The notes beneath the pieces were generated by a model. It did not search any database and had not been told where the DNA came from. It was given only the letters and a program-made list of their open reading frames with translations. DNA of 26,551 nucleotides from a virus (taxonomy: Duplodnaviria > Caudoviricetes): positions 1 through 26,551 of IMG/VR virus record IMGVR_UViG_3300043640_000350; one strand, 5' to 3'. Made by a program: the position numbers and the translations under genes. Shown here one piece after another: positions 7,886 to 15,320 of this stretch (positions are counted from its first letter, which is position 1; every line of letters starts with the position of its first letter).

Positions 7886-8091
7886 GGCTTGAGCCAGTCG
7901 ATGGCGTCGCAATCGCCGTCCTCGGCTCGGGCGGCCAGTTCCTCGACGATGGAGTCGATCCGGCGCTGGCGGGGACCGGTGTCGGTGTACCGGCCAGCGT
8001 GGGAGCTGATGGCCTCGTTGTACTGCTCGATCAGGGCGAGGGTGGCCAGCGTGTCGAGCTTGGCACGGGGGACGGTGGCCACGTCACTCAC
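7882..8091 (-). CDS. Hypothetical protein (69 aa)
   Basis: Overlaps neighbours in a tightly packed operon; helical composition. Confidence 0.65.
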   Translation of the reverse strand: MSDVATVPRAKLDTLATLALIEQYNEAISSHAGRYTDTGPRQRRIDSIVEELAARAEDGDCDAIDWLKP

Positions 8092-8359
8092 CGTCCACGG
8101 GCGGGCTCATGGCGTCGATGAGGGCGTCCACGAAGTCGGCCACGGGGCGCTCGGATTCGCGGTACTCGGCCCAGTCCTGGCCGAAACCCTCGGCGTCTGC
8201 CTCCACCTCGTCGGGGTTGGCGCCACGTCGGGCCAGCTCGTCGCGAACGCTGTCCTCCCATGCCTGCTGGTCGCTGCGCACCCGGCAGCCACTGACGTGA
8301 CTGTCGCGGTCCAGCGGGCCACCACACACGGTGCACAGGACTTCCTCGCCAGCGTTCAT
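8084..8359 (-). CDS. Hypothetical protein with CxxC-x6-H-x3-C motif
   Basis: ATGA overlap; CTVCGGPLDRDSHVSGC. Confidence 0.65.
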   Translation of the reverse strand: MNAGEEVLCTVCGGPLDRDSHVSGCRVRSDQQAWEDSVRDELARRGANPDEVEADAEGFGQDWAEYRESERPVADFVDALIDAMSPPVDGE

Positions 8360-8559
8360 CGGTCAGCGACCTTGGCCACGGGTCGGACGGCGTCGTAAGC
8401 GACGGTCAGGCTGTCCTTGCCGTGGGCCTTGCCGACCGCCGGGTCGGTGTTCAGGCCAGTCCAGGCCACGCCGTATGCGAACCCGAAGTCGTGGACCACG
8501 GTGCCGGTATGGGCGCCGTCGTGCTCGATGCACTCGACTCGCTGCCTGGTGTCCGCCAT
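8356..8559 (-). CDS. Hypothetical beta-rich (SH3-like?) protein (67 aa)
   Basis: ATG at 8559 with GAGGGAAGGA RBS, downstream of promoter copy 6. Confidence 0.6.
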   Translation of the reverse strand: MADTRQRVECIEHDGAHTGTVVHDFGFAYGVAWTGLNTDPAVGKAHGKDSLTVAYDAVRPVAKVADR

Positions 8560-8599
8560 TTGGGGGTTCCTTCCCTCGGTCTCGAACCTTACAAAACCC

Positions 8600-8628
8600 A
8601 TTCAATCACGGGTGTGCCCCCGTGTCAA
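8600..8628 (-). promoter_or_regulatory. Conserved island promoter motif, copy 6
   Basis: TTGACA-CGGG-GGCAC-ACCCGTGA-TTGAAT-GGGTTT; near-identical to copy 4. Confidence 0.65.
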
Positions 8629-8647
8629 CCACCCACGGGGGCACACC
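8611..8647. repeat. Perfect 14-bp inverted repeat overlapping promoter copy 6
   Basis: GGTGTGCCCCCGTG (8611-8624), 9-nt loop, CACGGGGGCACACC (8634-8647). Confidence 0.85.
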
Positions 8648-8660
8648 TTCGGTGAACCTG

Positions 8661-9026
8661 TCAGGCGCCGTGGTCAAGGGTCTCGCGGTCGATCTGAACC
8701 GAGTCGCCGCGACCGGCGACCCGGAGCTGGCGGCCGTCCTCGGTGAAAGCGACTTCGTAGATGTGACCGTCCTCGGTGACCAGGCGGGCCTTGGTGACCA
8801 CCTTGTCGAGTTCGTTTTCGGTGGTGGTCTCGCCCTCGCCGCCGTCCTCCTCGGCTCTGGCCAGCGTGCGGGTGAGTCGGTTCAGGAACTCCTCGTCCTC
8901 GTGTTCGACGACGAGGTACGCGTTTTCGCGCCAGCCCAGCTCAGCGGCCGTGCTGGCAGCATCGTCGCGATTCTCCAGCGGTACGGCTTCGGTCGGGTTG
9001 TCGGCGTTCACCAGAGCGAGTGCCAT
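8661..9026 (-). CDS. Acidic hypothetical protein (121 aa)
   Basis: ATG at 9026 with AGGAAGGA RBS. Confidence 0.7.
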   Translation of the reverse strand: MALALVNADNPTEAVPLENRDDAASTAAELGWRENAYLVVEHEDEEFLNRLTRTLARAEEDGGEGETTTENELDKVVTKARLVTEDGHIYEVAFTEDGRQLRVAGRGDSVQIDRETLDHGA

Positions 9027-9049
9027 CGTGAACCGTCCTTCCTGTAGAG

Positions 9050-9081
9050 AAAAGGGTGGGGCCACCAGTCCAGCCCCACCC
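9050..9081 (-). terminator. Putative intrinsic terminator
   Basis: Minus strand GGGTGGGGC-N10-GCCCCACCC-TTTTCTCT, downstream of the 9110-9535 gene. Confidence 0.6.
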
Positions 9082-9109
9082 CCAGACGAGCACAAGGTTT
9101 GCCCGTTCG

Positions 9110-9535
9110 TCAAGTTCCATCTTCCTCCAGCGGCCAGGCCAGCCGGAACAGCCGGACGATCTGCAGCGCCTTGGTCCGGTACCGGTCGCGAGTCGCCTCG
9201 GTAAGGACGTGGGTCCACCAGTCCTCGAAGTCGATGACCGTCTCTCCGAAGTCGACCAACTGCTGAGCGGACAGGGTCCGGGCCGCCTGCTCGATCATGG
9301 TGACCAGGTTCGAGTCGTGGAACTTGATCCGGCGTAGCTCGTCGAGCAGGAACGCCCGGCAGACGGCACAGCCATTCATCGCGGCCTGGACTGCCGCCGG
9401 GGTGGATGCGTTCGTGTATTCAGCCTTGTGGCGGACGGCATGGATGGCATCGACGCGGATGATCTCGTTCATCACGAACAGCTCGGCGCCGGACAGGTCC
9501 TTCTCGTTCAGCTCGATGTCCTCGAATGCGCTCAC
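9110..9535 (-). CDS. Hypothetical helical protein (141 aa)
   Basis: GTGA overlap with the upstream gene, GGAG RBS; contains a CxxC. Confidence 0.7.
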   Translation of the reverse strand: MSAFEDIELNEKDLSGAELFVMNEIIRVDAIHAVRHKAEYTNASTPAAVQAAMNGCAVCRAFLLDELRRIKFHDSNLVTMIEQAARTLSAQQLVDFGETVIDFEDWWTHVLTEATRDRYRTKALQIVRLFRLAWPLEEDGT

Positions 9536-9720
9536 AGAGAACTCCGGTTCGGTAGGGCGGACAGGTCGGCGATCTCGTGATCGGCCTGCTCGAAGCTGAT
9601 CACGTCGTTGCGCAGGTGAGCCTGAAAAATGTCGGACATCAAGTCACCAAACTTGCGGGTGACCAGTTCGGCCAAGCGTTCGAGCTGGTCGGCGGTCGCG
9701 GCGTGCACGGTCATGGTCAC
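9532..9720 (-). CDS. Hypothetical protein (62 aa)
   Basis: GTG at 9720 with AGAGGGGA RBS, downstream of promoter copy 7. Confidence 0.6.
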   Translation of the reverse strand: MTMTVHAATADQLERLAELVTRKFGDLMSDIFQAHLRNDVISFEQADHEIADLSALPNRSSL

Positions 9721-9747
9721 GGGTCCATCCCCTCTGGGTCTGGGGCC

Positions 9748-9777
9748 AGCCAACACCCGTCCGTGCCTCGGTGTCAA
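9748..9777 (-). promoter_or_regulatory. Conserved island promoter motif, copy 7
   Basis: TTGACA-CCGA-GGCAC-GGACGGGTG-TTGGCT-GG. Confidence 0.6.
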
Positions 9778-9882
9778 CCATGCGCCGATGGCCGGTCTCG
9801 GCCGGGGGGTGTTTTACTTGGGGACAAGCGCGGCGGCCCGACCTGGCAGGTGGCCCGCCCACACAGGCCGGAGGCCGATCGC

Positions 9883-12800
9883 TTGAGCAAGCGCGGGATC
9901 GTAGCGGGCAGCAGTGCGACAGGACCGAAGGGTGGGACGTCAAGCCAGCCGAACACGCTGGGAAATGACGGAGGAATATCGCCGCTGCTGGCCCAGTATC
10001 AGCAGTGGACCATCGGATCCGGGAACACGTACGACCCGCTGCCCAGGTCGGCGGCCGAGTTCCTGCTGGGACAGTTCGGGCCACTGTCGCCCATCCAGCC
10101 GATGCCTATCGACGCGCCCCAGGGCGACCTGCACCGACCGGAGCCACGCAGGTTCCAGTACCCGGTCGGCTGGAACATGCCGCACAGCCCCCCGGGCACC
10201 GAGGGACTCAAGCTCACCGATTTCCCCACGCTGCGCACGTACGCGGACCTGTACTCGGTGGCCAGGTCCTGCATCCAGGTGCGCAAGAACGAGATCCGTG
10301 GCATCGAGTGGGACATCATCCCCACCAAAGAAGCCGAAAAGAAGATGCGCGGCGATGTCAAGGCGCACCAGGATTTTGGCGAACGCCGCGATAAGGTCCT
10401 GAAGTTCTTCAAGAAGCCGGACCCGGACTACCGCAATTTCTCAAGCTGGATCGACGCCCTGCTCGAAGACCATTTCGTGGTCGACGCGATGAGCCTGTAC
10501 GTTCACCCCAGCCGGGTCAAAGGAAAGGGCGTGCTTGGGTCGGACCTGGCCGCCCTGGAGATCATCGACGGGACGACCATCCGGCCGCTGCTGAACTTGC
10601 AGGGTGGCAAGCCCGCCCCGCCGTCCCCTGGATACCAGCAGTATCTGCAGGGCATCCCCCGGGTGGACCTGCTGACCTTGCTGACCGGCGAGGATATCAA
10701 GGATCTGGACAAACCCGCCCGTGAATACCGGGGCGACCAGCTGCTGTATCTGCCGTACACGGCCCGGTCCTGGACTCCGTACGGTTTCCCGGCGGTCGAA
10801 CGCACCATCGTGCCGATCCTGACCGGACTGCGCAGGCAGCAGTTCCAGCTCGACTATTTCGACGAGGGCACGCTACCGGGTGCGTACGTGAGCCCCGGCG
10901 AGAACAGCGGCTGGACCCCGAACCAAGTCCAGGAAATGCAGAACGGGCTGAACGCCATCGCTGGCGACCCGGCTTGGAAGCACAAGGTCATCGCCTTGCC
11001 GCCCGGCTCCAAGGTCGACCCCCAGCGGCCGGTAGAGCTGGCCAGCCAGTTCGACGAACTCACCATGAACATGGTTTGCATGGGTTTCGACGTGCAACCC
11101 CAAGAACTGGGCATCACGCCCAAGGCCAATTCCGGGACCATGGGCGGCAGTGCCCAGATGGCACAGGCCAGCGAGGACACCCAGGAACGCAAGGCCACCA
11201 AACCCCTGCTGTGGTGGCTTAAGACCTCGATCTTCGACGAGATCATCCAACAGACCCTCCAGCAGGAGGATATGCAGTTCATCTTCGAGGGTCTGGAGGA
11301 GGGCGAGGACGAGGCCACCAAGACAGAGGTTCTGACCAACCAGATCAAGACGGCTCTGCTATCGATCGACGAGGGTCGGGCCGAGCTGGGCAAGTCTCCC
11401 TGGGGTCTGCCGGAGACGTCCGACCCGGGTATCATGACGGCCAGCGGGTTCACCCCGCTCGGGCAGTACAACCCGATGACCGAGCAGCCGGGACCGCAAC
11501 CTGGCGAGCCGGATCCCAACGCACCGCCACCCGGCAGTCCGCCACCACCCGGGGCGCCACCTGGCACTCCGCCATCTCCCCCGACCATCCAGACCATCGG
11601 CCCAGGCAACAAGCCGCCAGCCCCCCCGCCGGGCACTGAGGCCGCCGAGGCAGGGGAAAAGGCCAAACCGGCGGCCAAGAAGCCAGCGGCCGGAGTGAAG
11701 GCCAAGGCCACCAAGGGCGAATTCATCGTCTCGGCCGAGGATGTCTCGCTCCTCAAACCGACGCTGGCCGAGCTGGACATGCTGGCGCGCCACCTGAACA
11801 AGGGCCGGGACCTGGACACATGGGAGTGCAGGTTCATCACCAAGAACCACCTGGACCTGATCGACCAGATGTTGAGTCTGGGCCAGCAGCCGTCCGACGT
11901 GATCGAGCGCCTGTCCACGCACGTGGAGAAGACGTGGAACGTGGTGTACGACGAGTCCAAGCACCCGCGCGGTGCTGGCGGACAGTTCGGCCAGACCAAC
12001 ACCGGGATATACGCGGGCAGCGAGAACGGCGCCATCGCGGTTCACTACAGCGGCAAGGCGCCACCGAAGGGTGCGGGCAAGAAGCCCAAGAAGAAGCCCA
12101 AGAAGGACGGCAAGAAGAAGCCCAAGAAGGGTGGCTCGACCAGTAACGCCCAAGCCGGGCCGATGACGATCAAGCCGGACAAGCCTGGTTCACCGGCGGC
12201 TGCCCAGCCCAAGACGCGTTTGCAGACTCAGCAGGAAGCGATGGCCAAGCTGCCACCGCCCAAAGCAAACGACCCGGTGGCTTGGGAGAACTACGATGAA
12301 TGGTACAACCAGTCTTCCGGTAAACACGACGGACAGCCAGACGTCGTAAAGGTCGGACCGAAGGGATATATTCACGGCTGGATCAAGGTCGAGGGTGGCA
12401 GCGACCATCCGCTGCTCGGTAACCACGATCCGAACCAGCGAGCCGCCGACGTGTGGTCCACCAACAAGGAAGCGATGGGCGCGGTGCGGCAGGCCGCCCG
12501 TAACAAGGCAGACGGGCGGCCGTGGCACGAGAACGCGGATGGCGCCGACCTGCGCAACGAGCCCGATTTTGTTGAGGGCGGTAGCGTTTATGGCGCCGGT
12601 GGCGACAAGTTCAGCGGCGAGGATTGGGAACATGAGGTCGCCTCGGCTGCCAGCCACCTGAACGAGTGGATGGGGCAGCAGAAACCGACAGGTGGCCCGC
12701 TGTACCGAGGCATGATGGTCACCCCGCCGGACGAGGATTCGACCGTTGAGGACATGTTCCCGCCCGGCATGGTGTTCGCCCATGACGTCAGTTCCTGGAC

Positions 12801-13056
12801 ACCTCAGGAAGACCAGGCGGTCGACTACGCGACGGCCAGCATGTACGACGACGATGAATACGCGTCGCCGGTAAAGCTGGTCATGCAGGACGGCTACGGC
12901 GTCGACATCGACCGGTTCAAGGCGGACAGCGCTTCGACCAAGGGCGACGGTGAGACGCTGTCCGGCGGCAAATTCGAGGTGGTCAGCGCCGAATGGGACG
13001 AGGACGACGAAGACGGTCCCTTGGTCGTTGTCGTGAAGAGAGTTGGTGACGCGTGA
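9883..13056 (+). CDS. Portal protein with long C-terminal extension ending in an ADP-ribosyltransferase-like domain (1057 aa)
   Basis: GGAGG RBS (9870-9874) and TTG at 9883. HK97-type portal motifs (IIDGTTIRP, PYGFPAVE, CMGFDVQPQELG, LSIDEGRAELG), then a Pro-rich linker, HPRxxGGQF, a Lys-rich tract, the KVGPKGYIHGW tag and LYRG..SSWT..DGE. Confidence 0.88.
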   Translation: MSKRGIVAGSSATGPKGGTSSQPNTLGNDGGISPLLAQYQQWTIGSGNTYDPLPRSAAEFLLGQFGPLSPIQPMPIDAPQGDLHRPEPRRFQYPVGWNMPHSPPGTEGLKLTDFPTLRTYADLYSVARSCIQVRKNEIRGIEWDIIPTKEAEKKMRGDVKAHQDFGERRDKVLKFFKKPDPDYRNFSSWIDALLEDHFVVDAMSLYVHPSRVKGKGVLGSDLAALEIIDGTTIRPLLNLQGGKPAPPSPGYQQYLQGIPRVDLLTLLTGEDIKDLDKPAREYRGDQLLYLPYTARSWTPYGFPAVERTIVPILTGLRRQQFQLDYFDEGTLPGAYVSPGENSGWTPNQVQEMQNGLNAIAGDPAWKHKVIALPPGSKVDPQRPVELASQFDELTMNMVCMGFDVQPQELGITPKANSGTMGGSAQMAQASEDTQERKATKPLLWWLKTSIFDEIIQQTLQQEDMQFIFEGLEEGEDEATKTEVLTNQIKTALLSIDEGRAELGKSPWGLPETSDPGIMTASGFTPLGQYNPMTEQPGPQPGEPDPNAPPPGSPPPPGAPPGTPPSPPTIQTIGPGNKPPAPPPGTEAAEAGEKAKPAAKKPAAGVKAKATKGEFIVSAEDVSLLKPTLAELDMLARHLNKGRDLDTWECRFITKNHLDLIDQMLSLGQQPSDVIERLSTHVEKTWNVVYDESKHPRGAGGQFGQTNTGIYAGSENGAIAVHYSGKAPPKGAGKKPKKKPKKDGKKKPKKGGSTSNAQAGPMTIKPDKPGSPAAAQPKTRLQTQQEAMAKLPPPKANDPVAWENYDEWYNQSSGKHDGQPDVVKVGPKGYIHGWIKVEGGSDHPLLGNHDPNQRAADVWSTNKEAMGAVRQAARNKADGRPWHENADGADLRNEPDFVEGGSVYGAGGDKFSGEDWEHEVASAASHLNEWMGQQKPTGGPLYRGMMVTPPDEDSTVEDMFPPGMVFAHDVSSWTPQEDQAVDYATASMYDDDEYASPVKLVMQDGYGVDIDRFKADSASTKGDGETLSGGKFEVVSAEWDEDDEDGPLVVVVKRVGDA
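12349..12384 (+). repeat. Shared coding tag, copy 1 (KVGPKGYIHGWI)
   Basis: Same peptide recurs at 14580, 15749 and 16696 with synonymous divergence. Confidence 0.95.
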
Positions 13057-15320
13057 CCAGCAAGGCCGTACGGGACGCCATCCAGGCGGCGATGGACCAA
13101 CCGCTGGCCCGGCCCAAAAAGAAGCGCAAAGCGACCAAATCGGGCGTCCCTCATACCGCCGATACCCCGAGCGACGAAGCGATAGCCGAACGGGGCCGGG
13201 AATACTGGCGAACCCACGTGGCCTGGGGACATCCGGGCGACTTCATGGAGTGCGTCCGGGGCGTGATGGAGCACGCCGGGATGTCCGAAGCCAACGCCAA
13301 GGGCTATTGCAACCTGCGTCACCACGAGGTTACCGGTGAATACGCTGGCCGGGGTGCCCACAAGTTCGTGGACGCCACTGTCCTGAAGATGGTCGAAGTC
13401 GAGATCGGGAAGACGGTGCCGGGTGAACGAGCTGAACACAAACCGCCGGGTTTTGGCACTCCACGGGACAATCGGCGACGGTTCCGGGCTGGCGTGGGAA
13501 AACCAGGGGTTCACGGTGGGTTTTCGCCCGGTGAACGGGACCACGAACCCCTGCAAGTGGGTTCCGAGCACGACCTGAACGACGTCGACATGGACGTTGT
13601 GGAAAACCGTCGGCACCGTGCCCCGGGCGAGGATGGACACAACCCCAACGAGGCCGGGGACGGCATTCCCGCCGATACCAATGACCCACGGGAGAACAGT
13701 CAGCACGTGGTGGCCGACGCCATTCACGACCATGAGAACGGTAGCGACATCGGGAGCGGGAATCTCCCAAAAGCGCTGGGCCCTGGGCGGGCTACGAGGG
13801 ACTTCCCGGGATGGCGGTATGACCAAGCGCTGGCGATTCACTACAGCCGGACGCTGGCCGCCTGCGGTGTTCTGGTCGACACCGAGGCAATAGCCGACCA
13901 GTGGCTGAGAGCCAACAAGGCCGAGGGGCAGACCCCGCCAGGCGGTGACCCAAAGCCCTGGGTCGCGGCGCAGGTGGCCCGCTGGTCGGTATCGTTGCGG
14001 CAAATGTTGAACGAACTCTGGCGTGAGGGCTGGTTCCTCGGTGCCAAATCGGGCCGAGCGGTGGTGGCCGCGAAAGACCCGGATTGGGGCGATTGGTCCC
14101 CCGGCAACCCGACCGCCGCCCGGATCGTACGAACATCCAAGGACCTGAGACGCTGGCTCAACACGTACGGCGTCGCTACCATCCGGTCGATCGAAGACAA
14201 CCGGATGAACGAGCTGGCCAAGGCGCTGCACCTGTCGTTGAAGGAGGGCTGGGCATCCGACACGCTGGCTCGTTACATTGAGAACATTCTGATAAACCCA
14301 AACAGGGCTCGGATGATCGCCCGTACCGAAACGGCCAGGGCGGTCAGCCAGGGCACGTTGTCCGAGTATCGGCACGCGGACGTCGGCCGGGTTCAGTGGG
14401 TCACCGCCGACGACACCACGGTCTGCGTCCCCTGCGACGCGAACGAGGCGATGGGCGCCATCCCCACGGGTTCGGTCTTCGGTGGCACGAGTACCGACGC
14501 CCCCCCTGGTCACCCGAATTGTCGTTGTGCAATAATCGCCGTGCCGGACGGCATGGAGGTCCCGCCCCGTGCGGTCACCAAGGTCGGCCCCAAAGGATAC
14601 GTCCACGGATGGATCTTTGTGGGGGCGCCGGGTGTCGGAGGCCGAGTGTTCCATCCGCACCACGGACACGGCACGGTGGCCGAACACCGTGGTGATTCGG
14701 CATCGGTTCATTTCGACGGGGGGCATAAGGCCGAATTCGTTACCGGTCATCACAACGGTTCTGCCCGAATTGAGAGAGTTCCTGGACTGTCCGGCGACGA
14801 AGCGTTCGAATCGGTACCCAGATTCCATCGGAGAAAGCTCACTGACGAACAGGATGAGGCACTCGACCTGTACACCAGGAGCGGCTATGTTCCGATCAAC
14901 AAGCATTTGCGGCACGGGGCAGCCGCCAGCGACGAGGACAAATCAACGATCCGGGAACTCGACGGATTGTTCGATTTGGTGCCAGCGCTGGAACGCCCGA
15001 TCGAAGTGCACCGGGGATTCCGGGATGCGGACACGGTATTTGGCGCCTCCGGCAGCAAAGTTGGCGAGACGTTCGTTGACAAAGCCTTTGCTAGTTCCAC
15101 TACCGACCGGTCGATCACGGTCGGGTTCACTCATGGACCGACGCCCGGGGTTGTTACCAAAATTCACGTACCAGCGGGAAGGAAGGCCATCCGGCCGAGC
15201 GTCAGCCTGGATTATTTCGCTGGGGAACACGAAGTACTGCTACCCCGGGAGACGCGGTTCCGGGTGATCAGTGACAACGGCGAGGGCAGCGACCGAGTCA
15301 TCGAGCTGGAGGTCTTGTGA
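13053..15320 (+). CDS. MuF / SPP1 gp7-like minor head protein with C-terminal VIP2-type ADP-ribosyltransferase
   Basis: RARMIARTETARA, WVTADD..VCVPC and PPGHPNCRC (MuF). YT..GY..IN..LR, VHRG, FASST and EHEVLLPR (R-S-E ART). Confidence 0.92.
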   Translation: MTSKAVRDAIQAAMDQPLARPKKKRKATKSGVPHTADTPSDEAIAERGREYWRTHVAWGHPGDFMECVRGVMEHAGMSEANAKGYCNLRHHEVTGEYAGRGAHKFVDATVLKMVEVEIGKTVPGERAEHKPPGFGTPRDNRRRFRAGVGKPGVHGGFSPGERDHEPLQVGSEHDLNDVDMDVVENRRHRAPGEDGHNPNEAGDGIPADTNDPRENSQHVVADAIHDHENGSDIGSGNLPKALGPGRATRDFPGWRYDQALAIHYSRTLAACGVLVDTEAIADQWLRANKAEGQTPPGGDPKPWVAAQVARWSVSLRQMLNELWREGWFLGAKSGRAVVAAKDPDWGDWSPGNPTAARIVRTSKDLRRWLNTYGVATIRSIEDNRMNELAKALHLSLKEGWASDTLARYIENILINPNRARMIARTETARAVSQGTLSEYRHADVGRVQWVTADDTTVCVPCDANEAMGAIPTGSVFGGTSTDAPPGHPNCRCAIIAVPDGMEVPPRAVTKVGPKGYVHGWIFVGAPGVGGRVFHPHHGHGTVAEHRGDSASVHFDGGHKAEFVTGHHNGSARIERVPGLSGDEAFESVPRFHRRKLTDEQDEALDLYTRSGYVPINKHLRHGAAASDEDKSTIRELDGLFDLVPALERPIEVHRGFRDADTVFGASGSKVGETFVDKAFASSTTDRSITVGFTHGPTPGVVTKIHVPAGRKAIRPSVSLDYFAGEHEVLLPRETRFRVISDNGEGSDRVIELEVL
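14580..14729 (+). repeat. Shared tag plus Tudor-like module, copy 2
   Basis: KVGPKGYVHGWIFVGAPGVGGRVFHPHHGHGTVAEHRGDSASVHFDGGHK. Confidence 0.95.

Noticed and set aside
9577-9882. ORF-track N-terminal extension of the portal
   Set aside because: Overlaps the leftward 9532-9720 gene and its promoter; a GGAGG RBS supports TTG at 9883.
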